A stretch of 63,968 bases of DNA, the filler included, from Octopus bimaculoides (lineage: Eukaryota), in the NCBI RefSeq assembly GCF_001194135.2. It is 5 parts of 5 records of this genome, joined end to end, with 100 filler letters (N's around TTAATTAATTAA, not from the genome) between each part and the next. Parts side by side here need not be neighbours in the genome. Positions count along the whole stretch, not along the records: positions 19,008 to 25,185 come from NC_069001.1; positions 25,286 to 49,771 come from NC_068986.1; 3 more parts are not named here. One strand, given 5' to 3'. Below are positions 25,121 to 39,408 of the stretch, piece by piece. Under the pieces are notes generated by a model, which saw only the letters and a program-made list of their open reading frames with translations, did no database searches and was not told where the DNA came from. A program made the position numbers and the translations under genes. Every line of letters starts with the position of its first letter. Position 1 is the stretch's first letter.

Positions 25121-26558
25121 TATATATATATATATAGATAGATATAGATATATATATATATATGTATATAGATATATGTGTATGTNNNNNNNNNNNNNNN
25201 NNNNNNNNNNNNNNNNNNNNNNNNNNNNNTTAATTAATTAANNNNNNNNNNNNNNNNNNNNNNNNNNNNNNNNNNNNNNNNNNNNTTATAGAATAACTTT
25301 TTTCAACTTTTCGAAATTCGATATGGGAAAAACTTACAACCTTCTACGTCAATAAACCACTATTATTCCTGAAAGTTGTTTTTTATACCTTCTACACACA
25401 CATACATATATACGAACGGAGGGCGTGACTTGAAGCCATTTTCAATTCTTTCTGACATTTTCTTTTCTTATTCTTCTAAGTTCTCACCTCGTTACAGCTT
25501 GCTTTTTGATTTTCTCGTAGAAATCTTCTTCTCGTTATCACCACAGACACCACCATCACCGCCATCATTAACATCATCATCATCGTCGTCGTCGTCGTCG
25601 ATCTGAGCAACATTATAATTATTGTAAAGAGATTTAGCAAAGGCTCAAGAATAACGCTCAAATTTCCTAGTATGATAGTAGTAGAGTATTAAATGGTCAA
25701 GTGACCTAAAAGTGGCTCGTTAGGGATTATAGCAGTGATTGGGACTAGTTTTTAATGAATTCTTGAGAATCTCTTGAGTGCATCCTTTTTAATATTTGCG
25801 TGTGTGTTTGTGTTATTGTAAGGCGTGGTACATATGTTGTTTGTTGTGAACGCGTTCAAAAGGGGTCTGTATTTTGTAATAAAGAGAGTCTTTTTACTAA
25901 TTCGTTGGCTATAAGTTGTATCGTCCCTGAATTGGTAGAGCTGAAACATTCTGAAGCATGGATTTTTGTTATTGGCGCAAATGCCAATGTGTTGGCTGAA
26001 TGCTATTTTTCTGTTTTGGGGAATTTTGATCTGGGATCTGTGCAAACTGGAAGAGATACCTGGTTGACTGTTTCATTCTTTGGCATGAAAATATAGAGAA
26101 ACTTTAATACTACTATCATGGCACTCCCGCATTTTTCTTCTCCTTCTTCTCTTCCTCCTCCTCCTCCTGCTCCTTCTTCTTCTTCTTCTTCTTCTTCTTC
26201 TTCTTCTTCTTCTTCTTCTTCTTCTTCTTCTTCTTCTTCTTCTTCTTCTTCTTCTTCTTCTTCTTCTTCTTCCCTACCAAGAATTCACAATGACCTCGAA
26301 CCCACAAGAGTAAACAAGAGAGACAGAGACAGGCAGAAACAAGAAAAATGCCCCTTGTATTTGAATACTATGCAAACATTCTTTTAAAAAACTTTGCTTT
26401 GAATTTTTCCAAAATTTAATTGTTTTCCATGTTTACAGTTGAAAGAGTCTCATTGACTGAAACCGGTACTGAAATGTTTTTTATAAAATTATTTTAGCAT
26501 TTTCTACTCGTGTGTTCCTTTTCAACCTTCTACATACATACATACATACATACATACA

Positions 26559-26608
<50 letters not shown>

Positions 26609-28489
26609 CCCGTTACTTTACAGGAGACATAGCTAATGACCTCAACCTAAATTCACAGAGACGTTCCTCTAGCCAACTTCAGTACCAAAAATGTTTCGGC
26701 TCTACTCTTCCCCNNNNNNNNNNNNNNNNNNNNNNNNNNNNNNNNNNNNNNNNNNNNNNNNNNNNNNNNNNNNNNNNNNNNNNNNNNNNNNNNNNNNNNN
26801 NNNNNNNNNNNNNGTCGTCGTCGTCGATCTGAGCAACATTATAATTATTGTAAAGAGATTTAGTAAAGGCTCAAGAATAACGCTCAAAGTTCCCATATAA
26901 TTTTTTTCCCGCTCTTCACTCTGCCTGGCAAATACGTTTGGTTTTTGACTTATATTCAACCGAAGGTAGAATGTCATTGATAAATATCAAGAACACAGAA
27001 ACAGGATGGCTTATTAGATTTAATTAATAATAGATTTAATTAGGATTTGTCGTAAGCTAGAAGCAATAAAACCGTATTTGATAATTAAGTTTCCTTGTCT
27101 ATTAATTTTAATTGCTCATTAACATGAGAAATGCGTGTTAACCATAAATGTATTTTTCCTAATTATATTAAGACTAGCTATCTTTTTGCATGATTATAAT
27201 GCACCCACTCCCCAATAAAAAGACATATATAAGGTGTTCCAGTTACAGGTTTACGGGGAAGAGGTTTTATTTTCTTAAACGGATGCCAGTTCGTTTTTAG
27301 GTTAAACGGTAAGTCGCCCTCCGGTAATTTGATATGAGTCAATAGAAAAATTAAACTAAACTCTAAAAGACATTACAAATTTCTACCAGTTCATCTCCTG
27401 CAGATTCTTTAATAATTTCTTACATTAATTTCAAATTTTGGCACAAGGCCAGCAATTTCGGGGGAGGATCTCAGTACTCAACCGGTACTTATTTTATCGA
27501 CCCCGAAAAGATGAAAGGCAAAGCTGATCTGGGAGGAATTTGAATTCAAATCATGAAGACGGATGAAATGCCGCTAAGGAATTCGACAGACAAGTTAACG
27601 ATTCTGTCAGCTCGCTGGCTTTGATTTCTTACATTCAAATAAGTTCTCAAATTAGGAGAGTGCAACTGTCGATAACATCGAGCTCAGTTCTTGACCTATC
27701 ATGCTCGTGAGGATAAAAGGCTCAGTTGACCAGAATAGGTTTTGATTTCAGAACGGAAAAAGTCGAATTGAATACCAAGCGAGTTTTTAACGACGTTACG
27801 CCACTATTCTTAAATAAAAATAGTAATTGTTTAACCCCAAGGTGGCGAGATGGCAGAATCGTTAGCATGCCGGGCAAAATGCTTAGCGGCATTTCGTCTG
27901 TCTTTAAGTTCTGAGCTCAAATACCACTGAGGTCGACTTTGCCTATTATCCTTTTGGGAACGAAGTAAGTACTATTTGAATACTGGGATCGATGTAATTA
28001 GCTTATCCCCTTCTTCAAATTTTCAGGCCTCATGCTTATAGTAGAACGGATTTTGCCTTTAATCACAAGGAGGCCAAGGGCAAAATTGCTAACATGTCGG
28101 GCAAAATACTTAGCGACATTTCGTCCGTCTTTACGTTCTGAGTACAAATGCCTTTCAACCTTTCGGAGTCAATAAAATGATAACCAGGCAAATACTGGAG
28201 TACCTCCCCTCCTCTCAAAAACTACTAGTCTTGTGCCAAAATTTGAGACCATTATTAACTTTAACCTCAAGTCACAACACCATATTATGGGAGCGGTGTT
28301 ATAATCGATTAGATCCTTCCAGCATTTTCCCCATCTCTCTACTATTGCTGCTAAAGCAGTCTCGAATCGAACAGTTAGAGGGTCACTGCATGGTACTGCA
28401 TCAATGCATTTCTTATTATTGCTTCGTAACACAGAGTAGGTAAAAATGCACCGGAGTTTTTAGTAATCTGACAAGTCACCACACGGAAC

Positions 28490-28810
28490 TCAGATAAATA
28501 ATATTTTCCCTAAGATGTGTGCTGTTCCCAGTAAGGTTGCTTTTTGCAAGACATCAATTTTACATGATATTTCCAGTCGCCTTAAGAAGTGCATAGGTTT
28601 TAATGGAATTGAGCCCAACACTCCGATCATCACTGGTATCACTTTTACATTACCTTCTCGCATTCCATACAGTTTCGCCATTTCCACTTCCAATTCGTGA
28701 TTTTTTCCAATTCATGATTTTTTCAACCTCTTTACTCACAAAATTCATGTCATTTGGTATGGCTACATCAGTAATCTGACGCTATTTGTCTCTCTTATTC
28801 AATATGACGC
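28490..28810 (-). mobile_element. R4/Dong-like RLE C-terminal fragment
   Basis: EVEMAKLYGMREGNVKVIPVMIGVLGSIP...LQKATLLGTAHILGKIL*. Confidence 0.7.
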
Positions 28811-28814
28811 GAAT

Positions 28815-30889
28815 GGCATTAGACCATTTCTTCAATGCGAAACATGAAGGTTGATATGGCATAGCTAAGGCGTGTGCTGTGAGAAACGAGGGGATCAGTG
28901 CTGTTCGATGGGCCCGCGTGATGGAGGGGCAGCATGGTGACAAATCCATAATTCAGTCTTTGACGGACAGAGAGAGACACGAGCTGAGCAATTCCAGGCA
29001 TGTGTGAAGCCTTCCACTAGCACTCTGCTCGGTTGTTCGGAGAGAGTGACGGAGTGGAGATGGTGGTGAACTTCAGACCCTGCCTCAACGGCTTGCCGCG
29101 TCTCTCGACGGTTGACACTGAGCACTGTGAAAGGCAGATAACTTCAGCCGAAATTCAGGATACCCTTGTCGGCTGCACCACCCTGCAGCAGCTCTAGCTT
29201 CCGCAGTAAAGGCTTAACAGTCAATACATACAGAAGGGAGGAGAGAGAGCACCGGACGCAGGACGCGGAAAGGCTATGTCGGCATATGCAGATATCACCG
29301 TCATGGTGTCAGATAACTCAGAAATCGAAGTTGGAAGAATATGAAAAGTTGACGGGAGTAAAACTTAACCCGGAAAAGTCGGTGGGCTTGCAACTCGGCA
29401 CCTGGAGAGGCAAGTCCATGCCGTCCAACAGCATCGTTGGGCAATGGACGGACGGACGGACGGACCGGTAAAGTTGCTTGGGGCTTGGTTCGGACCAGAC
29501 CTTCAGGTGGATAAGAGTTGGGACGAGGTGACGAGTAGGGTAGCCAATTTCACCTAGAAATAGGCTGCGAGGAAGCTGTCACTGAAAGATTGGGTGGAAG
29601 TGGCGAATGCGTATATCGCATCTGTCATATACTACCGCCTGACCGTCGTGTCTTGGCCCCGTTCGCGCCTCGGCAAATTGGAACGCCTCCTCTTCAAATT
29701 CTTGTGGAAGGGACAGGTTCCATTGGTCCAACTGCTACCAACACCCTCTACGCGGAGGGCTGGGCAAGCCGTGGCTAATGATGCGCAGATATGCACTGAG
29801 GCTGCGGCATCTCCAGATATTGTCTAAACAATGACCATGTATGGTCGTCACTTGTCAAATGGGCCTTTCCCAGCTCGTCTCCCTCACTGAGCTGCAGTCC
29901 TTGATCAAGAAGAGACCGAGACAGAGTGATTGGCATCTGGAATGTTGCCAGGCACTCACTGCACTTTACCAGGTGGGCAATTCGATCAGTGGAACATCTA
30001 CTCTCGGGTTCTATAGAGGGTTAGTGGAGCGATGACGCACTCGGAGAGTCGCTAGGCGTCGACGAAGATAAACCCTGACCAGTCTGTTTCGGAGGACTTT
30101 CGAGCCGGGGACGATGGATAACTTCCAGAAATCCCTAGCTTGACAGTGCTACCGGGGGGCACTGCTGGTTCGAGATAAGCTCTACAGGCACGGAAGTGCG
30201 GGCAGACGGACCTGCTTGAGATGCGCGCAGAGCGATGAAACTGTTTTGCACGCACTCGTCCAGTGTCCATGCATTAGTGACTTGTGAATTTATGTTGAAC
30301 AGCTGTTATCACATGTAGGACGGATCCGGCTACTGTCCGAGTCTATGGTGAAAATCGATCCGCCGCCTTCCATTGGTCCGGAAGGGCAGGTAATTTTTCT
30401 CTGTCTGACAGCAGTAGCAAAAAAGGATGTATGGTGGACCAGGTTGAAAGGACTGAAGACAGATACTTTTCTCTTCGGCGAATCCCTCATCAACTTTTTC
30501 AAATTTCACTTGGAAAGGAAGATAACGGTAGAGAGAGAAGTGCTTCCCCCACCCAGTACATTTGCTAAAAGGTGGGTGAATGGAGCGAAAGTGGCCCCTG
30601 TGAGTGGATCTACCCTAATAATGCACCTGTATGCTAGCGAATTTGAGAAGGAAAAGGGTGCCCTTCCAGGGTGCTCTCAAATCGTTGTATGGTTCAGGAT
30701 TGGTGGAGTACCTGAGCCAACCCCAATTGGCTACCGCCCCTCTATTGGGGAACTTTTATTGTTATGTTGTTCTTGTTTGGAATTATTGTTATTATTTTAA
30801 TTGCGTAGTCGTTGTTTTGTGTAAAACCCCTACTGTCCTCGTCTACTGTATTGTCCCCTATATGTGGGCCCAGGTGACCAATAAATGAA

Positions 30890-30892
<3 letters not shown>
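28815..30892 (+). mobile_element. Tx1/L1-clade ORF2 3' part with internal deletion, plus 3'UTR
   Basis: LPRLSTVDTEHCERQITSAEIQDTL linker; SAYADITVMV (YADD missing one D); EYEKLTGVKLNPEKS; LERLLFKFLWKG; RTCLRCAQSDETVLHALVQCP zinc finger; ends AATAAA plus (ATT)n. Confidence 0.82.
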
Positions 30893-30944
<52 letters not shown>

Positions 30945-31001
30945 GTAGTAGTAGTAGTAGTAGTAGTAGCAGCAGCAGCGGTAGCGGCAGCAGCAGCAGC
31001 G

Positions 31002-31034
<33 letters not shown>

Positions 31035-32455
31035 ATAGTAGTAATAGTAGTAATAGTAGTAGTAGTAGTAGTAGTAGTAGTGTTTCTGTTGTGTAGCCGC
31101 TATTCTTATTGATATTCATGTTCTTACTGCTCTGTTTCATTTACATTGTTCGCATTTCCATCATTATTGTTTATTTCTATAAAGTTTCTTTTCTATTTCT
31201 TTAGTAATATGTCACTGAAGCAAATGGAGTAAGATGTTTTGTTTGATAAAATAAATATTTGATGGAAACTTAGCATTCACAGTTTGCGCTTACTCATTCC
31301 TCCCATTCAAAAGGAATAACCTAAAATGCATCCAACTGGAAATTCTCGTTTAGAAAATTGTACCAAGGCAATTTTGAGGAGAGGGAAAATATTATTTAAA
31401 AAACATTATGTCAAATAAAAACAAAAAAATTGCAAGCAAGTTTGCAAGTAATTAGGAATTGATGAACAACACACATAAGTGAAAAAAAAAAAGATTAGAA
31501 ATTAATTATATAGCAGTAGATTCATAATTCAAACAGAGCTTAACGCCCGAAATATATTTTTGTTGTCCTAGTGATAAGTATACAAATAATATTCTGAATA
31601 GTGAGCTAAATGACGAATTAGGAAGAATAAGAACAAAAAATCGATCAAAATAAAGACTTCATTTGTAATTAATTAAGTTATAGCTTGTCTCAAGTCTGCA
31701 CACTGCTCGTCCCAGTTTTCGTGTATAAGACTCTCTTGCTGAGTTCATCTCAAAATTAGCTGTCCAGTTACCGCTGGTACTAATTTTCATTAAAGTAGAT
31801 TGAAGCATTGTGAAATGAATTCCTTTATCAAGAATACAATGTATTGTTCAGTCCAAGAATGGAACCCAACCCACGACATAACGAGTGTGAGCTGGATACC
31901 CAAACCACAACGCTGCACAGTTTCACGCACTTTATAATACATTACTTCAAATTTGACACTACGAATGCAAGGGTGCAAGAATCATCTCGAAGTAGAAAAC
32001 TACTATAAAATACTTATAATATTATCTTGACAGCATAGGAGACACGTGGGGCATAAAACCACATGTAAATATATCGTTGGCTAACGAGAATCGTCTGCTA
32101 TGGCTGCCGGAACAGCCAGATGACGTGATTTCATGTTGTATAACGTCTCCTACATACCCACCCTTCTTACCTGTTAAACGTTTCTTTTTCATTCTCCACG
32201 TTTGCTTTTCTTTCTTTGTATCCTCTAGTGAAAATTTCTTTTTTATATCTCTTTGGGGACTATTGTCTAGTAAAGAACCATATATTTTATTATCCCGCCG
32301 GAGTCAAATTTGCCTTTTATCATTTAGGGATCGATAAAATAATGCACGAATTGAGTACTGGAATTGGTGGTATCAATCAGTCCTCCTCTTCCAAACTGTT
32401 CACCTTGTGCCTAAACCAGAAACGATTATTGTTATTATTATTATTATTATTATTA

Positions 32456-32510
<55 letters not shown>

Positions 32511-33094
32511 CATCATTATTATTATTGAGTGGGTGTGCAGCGCATGTCGTCAAAGTGACACTGGGGTACAAACATACGAAGCCTAATGTACCCATCATGA
32601 CTACTCGTCTGAAAAGGGTACACCAGGCACATGCATCACAACAATATGAGCGCGATATGGTGATCTCATATCAAGGAGAAACAGCACATGACCTCGCAGG
32701 TGGGGCCCAGTTAGAATTTTCTTCAGGTCAAGTAGCCCATGCCTCTCAAAAGGTTCCTGAATAAGATTTCTTTAAGGATGTTGAACGAAACACCCATATT
32801 TCCAGAGGTGAATTATTCAAACCCCAAAGATTTCCGCTCAACACATGGCTACGATGCTCCCCAGCTAATTCTGCTCACGATCAGAGATACACATATCGTC
32901 AGCCACCAAGGGACATACTCAATTGGTTATGGTCAAACAACTGATTGAGTAGAATATTTGCTGTAGCCCATCTTTTACACCAAGACAAAACATGTACATG
33001 ATAACACTTCTAATCAGTTAAGATCAGAAGCCATGAGAGTCATTGCCTGGTACTGCACCAAGCCATTATGATTATGATTATGATGACGATGATG

Positions 33095-33133
<39 letters not shown>

Positions 33134-33138
33134 TCTTG

Positions 33139-33310
33139 AAGGCGGCGAGCTGGTAGAATCGTTAGCATGCCCGAGTTCAAATTCTGCTGAGGTCAACTTT
33201 GCCTTCCATCTTTTCGGGTCTGATAAAGTAAGTATCAATTGAGTACTGGGGTCGATGTAATCTATTTACCCCCTTCCCCGAAATTGCTGGCCTTGTGCCA
33301 ACATTTGAAA
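33139..33310 (+). mobile_element. SINE family A copy flanked by (ATT)n
   Basis: Same head and body as 21477-21710; preceded by (TTA)n and ending ...TTTGAAATCATTATTATT. Confidence 0.75.
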
Positions 33311-35026
33311 TCATTATTATTGCTTCATTTAAGGCAGTGACCAGGCAGAACCATTAGCACAGCGGACGAAATACTGTTAAGCATTTTCTCCGTCTCTAAA
33401 TTCTGACTTCTAATTCCGCCGAGGTTGACTTTGCTTCTATTCTTTTTGTGGTTGATAACATAAGTACCAACACTGGGGACGATGGAATCGATTAGCACCA
33501 GGCCTTTAAAAAATCCAGGCCTTGTTGCTATAGCAAATAGATTATTTGTTCTGGCTCTTTCTTTACGTTTTGAGTTCAAATTCTGCTGAGGTTAGCTTAC
33601 CTTTCATTCCTCCGCGGACGATAAGTACGCAGTCAAGTATTGGGGTCACTAGTCTCACCTGAACCGCTTTCACCTCTAAATCTCTGGTTGGTGTGTCAAA
33701 ATTAGAAAAACGTTGAAGTAAATATCTTGTCTTTTTTTTTTTTTTCGTCCATTCAAAGCCTAGCCAGGCTCATGGGCCCGGTTTCCCGGATCCTATGGCG
33801 TATGTGTTCCCCACCCCCCAGCTGGACGGGACGCCAGTCCATCGCAGCGTTTCTCAAAAAAACAGGAAGAAAGAGTGAGAGAAAGTTGGGGCGAAAGAGT
33901 ACAACAGGGGTCGCCACCACCCACTGCCGGAGCCTCGTGGAGCTTTAGGTGTTTTCGCTCAATGAACACTCACAACGCCCGGTCTGGGAATCGAAACCGC
34001 GATCCTTCGACCGCGAGTCCGCTGCCCTAACCACTGGCCGTTGCGCCTCCAAACATCTTGTAGTATTCAGTTATTTCAGTTTGCGCTCTAGGTTCGAATC
34101 CAGCCGGGGACAACATTAATTTGCATCCATGTGGAACCGATAATATAAGTATCACAGATGAACTACAGCCGGTTCTTTCTGCTATATCCTCCCGCTAAAA
34201 GATAAAATCTTGTAGCGTACACTAGAATTTGTTGTGATGATGATGATGATGATGATGGAGGTGATGATGATGATGATGATGATGATGATGACGATGACGG
34301 TAAACACAACGCTGCTGCAGCTGCTCCTGCTGCTTCTCTTGTTGTTTGTGATTGCGGTGGTGGTGGTGGTGGTGGTGGTGACCATCATTATAGTCGTCAT
34401 CATCACCGTAGTGGTGGTAGTGATAGCGGTGATAAAAAAAAAACAAAAAAAAACAAAAAATCACAAACTTAGGAGCGACAACAACAACAAATGCTTCAAC
34501 AAAAAACATCATCATCATCATCAACAACAACAACTACAAAATCATCAGAAATTCTAATTGCAACAGCAACAACAGTAACGACAATATTAAATCATCGTGG
34601 CTTTTTTCTTTGCAGTAATTATAGTTTGGTTAACAAAACAAAACAAAAAAAAAACAAAACAAAAAAATAACAGAAAAAAAAGTAATTTATTTCCTGTTAT
34701 TTTAGTTTTGCAAATCACGTCAAAATTAATGCCAGTATAAAAGCCGTAACAAAGTGTTATTAGCAATTAATCTCGAATCTAGCTATAGAAATAATCTTTT
34801 GATTGCAATAATTAAAACCTGCCAAATTAGTGGAGCAAAGTTTGAACACGTAATACAATTTATATAGAAGATGACTTATTGTTTTTTAACCGATAGTACC
34901 TTTTTTTTTCTCCTGCTTTTTGAGCTGTTTTTGTTTTGCTTTTTTGGTGTTTTTTTTTTCTTATTTTCTTTTAGGAAATTTATTGCTGAATGAAATTATA
35001 AATACTTTTATATTTCGTAGATAATT

Positions 35027-35100
35027 TCTTCTTCTTCTTCTTCTTCTTCTTCTTCTTCTTCTTCTTCTTCTTCTTCTACTTCTTCTTCTTCTTCTTCTTC

Positions 35101-35132
<32 letters not shown>

Positions 35133-35240
35133 CTTCTTCTTCTTCTTCTTCTTCTTCTTCTTCTTCTTCTTCTTCTTCTTCTTCTTCTTCTTCTTCTTCT
35201 TCATCATCATCATCATCATCATCATTTTTCTTTTTTTCTT

Positions 35241-35309
<69 letters not shown>

Positions 35310-35310
35310 T
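35027..35310. repeat. Compound microsatellite (CTT)n-(CAT)n-(CTA)n
   Basis: Read directly. Many other (AAT)n, (TA)n, (CA)n, (GAT)n and (CTT)n tracts occur, e.g. 593-712, 9780-9970, 26165-26270, 30890-31080, 34230-34560 and 58835-58900. Confidence 0.95.
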
Positions 35311-35590
35311 TCTTTATGTCTTTTTTCTCATTTTTTTCTCATACGCTGTAATTATTATTCGTATTCTTATTCTTATTCTTATATTTTTTTCTCCCTTGTA
35401 TTTCAGTAAGTCATTTCTGAATGTAAATTTACTTGTGTTGCATTATGATAGACTAAAATTCGTTTTCCCCATTGATCAGAACTCATCTACAAAAGATTTA
35501 CAGCATGCGTGATATTTGATTTAAGTGACTTTTGCGGTGATGGGTGGGGAATTGTTGAGTCAAAACTTTTCTTTTATTAATATGATAGTC

Positions 35591-36700
35591 GTGGCACTCC
35601 ATCGGTTACGACGACGAGGGTTCCCGTTGATCCGATCGACGGAACAGCCTGCTTGTGAAATTAACATGCAAGTGGCTGAGCACTCCACAGACACGTGTAC
35701 CCTTAATGTAGTTCTCGGGGAGATTCAGCGTGACACAGAGTGTGACAAGACTGGCCCTTTGAAATACAGGTACAATAGAAACAGGAAGAAAGAGTGAGAG
35801 AAAGTTGTGGTGAAAGAATACAGCAGGGTTTGCCACCATCCGCTGCCTGACCTTGTGGAGCTTTAGGTGTTTTCGCTCAATAAGCACTCACAATGCCCAC
35901 TCTGGGACTCGAAACCGCGATCCTGTGACCGCGAGTCCGCTGTCCTAACCACAAAAGGAGCATTCCGTCGGTTACGAGACGAGGGTCCCAGCTGATACGA
36001 TCAGCGGAGCAGCTTGTTCGTGAAATTAACAGCGTGACACAGAGTGTGACAAGGCTGGCCCCTTTCGAATTACAGGTACAACTCATTTTTGCCAGCTGAG
36101 TGAGCTGGAGCAACGTGAAATAAAGTGTCTTGCTCAAGGACACAACGCGTCACTGGGAATTGAACTCACGACTTTACAATCGTGAGTCGAATGTCCTAAC
36201 CACTAAGCCACGCACCTTCCCAATACGATAGTAAAATTCAAAGTTAAGAGTTTTTTCAGAGACAATGGAACAGCCGCCAAATATCGGACAGTATTAGGTT
36301 TTGAGTTCAACCATTGCTAGAATTCTTAGTGATATTAATTTCCTTAAGGTCGATAAAACAAATACTTGCCATAGAAAAACTGACACTCCATCGGTTACGA
36401 TAACGTGGGTTCCAAATGTTCCGATCAACGGAATAGTCTACATGCGAAATTAATGAATCAGTGGCTGAGCACGATATAAACACGCACACTCTTAACGTAG
36501 TTCTCAGGTAGTTTCAGCGTAACTCAGAATGTGACAAGGCTGACCCTTTGAATTACAGGTACAACTCATTTTTGCCAGCTGAGTGGACAGGAGCAAAGTG
36601 AAATAAAGTGTCTCACTCAAGGACGTAACCCGCATTCAGGAATCGACCTCACGACCTTGCGAGCGACAGCAGAATATTCTAACCACTAAGCCACGCAGCA
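35591..36700 (-). mobile_element. Cluster of three family B/E SINE-related copies in tandem
   Basis: The segment CACTCCATCGGTTACGA...GATCCGATC.ACGGAACAGC recurs at about 35594, 35960 and 36385, each followed by tRNA-like reverse-complement ends. Confidence 0.7.
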
Positions 36701-37289
36701 GTGGGGGGGAAAAAAGGAAATCATTGAATTGGAAGTCTCAGACAATAGAAAAATAGTTGGATGACCTATAAAAAAAAAAAGGGGGGCACGTAAATTATTC
36801 AAGCAAAATGCTTGCACATTATTTGAAAATTCTTAGAATGCAAACCAAAAGGAGATCTGTTTGATTCAAATTACAATTACCTTTATAATTATACGAAAGG
36901 AATTTTGAAATTGTTTTGCTTGCAGCCTGAGAGTTGGTTTGGCAATGATCGTTTACGCCTGTTAATTACAGAACTGGATCAGTGTGAATGAAAGAAAATA
37001 ATTAATTGTTCAAGACAAAAACAGCTAAAAGGAAATGAAAGAATCCTGAAACTTTTGGAAGCACAGAAAATAAAAATCATGTGATTTTGTCTCCCTCAAA
37101 AAGCAATAACAACGTAATTGAAGTGAAATAGCTTCATTCGCGAACTCAACTGCCTGCGTGAATAACAACCAAGATTTCTTGCTTCGGCGCTTTCTCACAA
37201 ACTTATAAGAAAATGAATGATTTTTCTTAAGAATGTTTATCAGTCCCAAAGGTAAAGAATTCTCTTCGGCTGGAACAGATTCATGAAAG

Positions 37290-37329
<40 letters not shown>

Positions 37330-38249
37330 ACGTATCTTTTATCTTTTACTTGCTATGTCGTTAGACTGCAGCCATGTTGAGACAAAGCCTTGAAAAATTT
37401 TCTTGAAAAAAATACTTATTTCTTAAAGCCTAGTACTCATTCTATCGTTCTCTTTTGCCGAACCGCTACGAAACGGTGACGTAAACACACTAACACCTGT
37501 TCCCTATCACCTCAGCACCGATTACTACTGCTACGATATCAGTCACCTTCACCACCAGTACCAATGTAGACAGTTAACTTCATCACGGTTGCCAACCTAC
37601 AGCTAGTCCTCTACGGTTACCAGCAATACCATTTCTGGAGACTGCTGCTGCTTTCACATTCACCAGATAAAGCGGGGGTCACTACCCGTACGGCCATCAA
37701 TATGGGTTCTATGCAAAATTACATTTCTGCTTCATCCGCTTCTGATGACGGACTTTTGTGCATGAAATATATAACGGTGACTTAACTTACACTTTTTGCA
37801 TTGTTAAAAGTTCTCTGTCTTAGTTTTTTGCTCTATTTTTCATATATATGCGTGTGTATGTGTCTGTGTGTGTGTATGCATGTATGCGTGTGTGTGTTTA
37901 TATATATATCTATGTACATATATATATATACATAGTGAAAACACTTTAATATCCATAAAGACGAGGCAAATAGACAGTGTATTAGGATTACACTCAGGAA
38001 GCAGGAGAAAATGAAAGGAACAGCCTTTTACGTTTCGGGCGTACGTTCTTCTTTTGAAAGTTTAGACAAGGAGAGAAAAATGGAAGAGAGTACAGGTGTC
38101 TATTGAATGGTCATGGGATACTGAAGTGTATAATTTATATCGATATCTTTATCTTTTTAATAAAGTCTATTTGCAAACTTAACGTGGCAGTCCTACGCAG
38201 GAGTCCAATGATTGAAACAAGGAAAAGATAAAAAGAGGATATCTTTTTA

Positions 38250-38720
38250 AAAAACTGCTAGTAAGCAGGGTGGAAGACTATCGTTATTTTCTTTTTTAAT
38301 TTGCAGTATCTGGTCGAATGGTCTTTGTGGGCCCTTAAGACTGGTGAAACTGTTATTAATGTTATTGAACTTTTTTAAATCAACACTAATGAGAAATACA
38401 TGAACATTGAGGGAATTCCAGAGGATCAACGTCTTTGAAAGGAAGGACTGGGAACTGATTAATGCAGAACTTAGTGCATTGGACACGATAAGGATGATGA
38501 GAGGAGTTACAAGTTGGTAGAAAATATCTGAATAAAGGTGGTAAACCTAACCAACTTCGAGGAGCAGAGAACGTGATAATAGAAGCGATAGAAGTGACAG
38601 AACGAGCGAAGAGAAAGTACATTTTTTTTTTAGGGCAAAGGCTGGAGCATGCCTGTGGATGAATGTAGGCCAATCAATCAGATGACCCTTTTCTAGATGC
38701 GGTATAGGATGCATATGTGA
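38250..38720 (-). mobile_element. CR1/Jockey-like LINE 3' end
   Basis: LFRYF...SHHPYRVQ... and SFLSKTLILWNSLNVHVFLISVDLKKF resemble CR1/Jockey C-terminal motifs; frameshifted. Confidence 0.55.
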
Positions 38721-39376
38721 GCAGCAATACCGCCCCGGCGTGAGAAGAATATACTTTTGTAGGATACACTGTTTCTATTTCTGCTTTTGTTTTACTGTCA
38801 GTGTCCACAAATGTTACTTGCCTGTGCAATGGCATGATCAATCGTCAGATATCAATATATAATTGCTAAAGAAAAAATTCACCGGGCCACATTCGTGGAA
38901 GAAAATACAAATAAGAAACCTTTTTTTATTTTTCATATATTTCCACACTTGATGGAACTCTATCATTATGAAAGACTATTTCGAGTTCTTTTAAGAACTG
39001 GTATTTTTGTTGGATAACTATATTTTGTGAAGCAGTCTTAATCTGTTATTATCAACATGTACATTATAATTAAGAATTTTGTTTTATAGATGTTAATGAA
39101 CATTTCTAAATACTTTCGTTATCTTTCTGATCTATGTGTAAGTAAGACCTGTGAAATAAATACAAAATAAAACAAAACGAACACAAATTTAAACGGATTA
39201 TATATTTTTTCGTCATTCCGCTACGATTTAGATACGTAATGCATAAAATTGTCATAAAACCGAAGAGACTCTTGAACACTTATATTATTCATAAACTACC
39301 AATGAAAATCGAAGACAATCTATTACTGCCACATTAATTCATAAAGCAACAGTTGACAGGGAAATATTTTAAATCA

Positions 39377-39408
<32 letters not shown>

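Noticed and set aside
25585-26892. Near-identical 85-bp segments at 25585-25667 and 26814-26892
   Set aside because: The second copy starts at a gap edge; a haplotype or assembly artefact cannot be distinguished from a local duplication.
34182-34557. Poly-His/Gln/Met ORFs here and the many poly-L/I/N/Y/S ORFs in the track
   Set aside because: Translations of trinucleotide microsatellites or N-gaps, with no splice or homology support.
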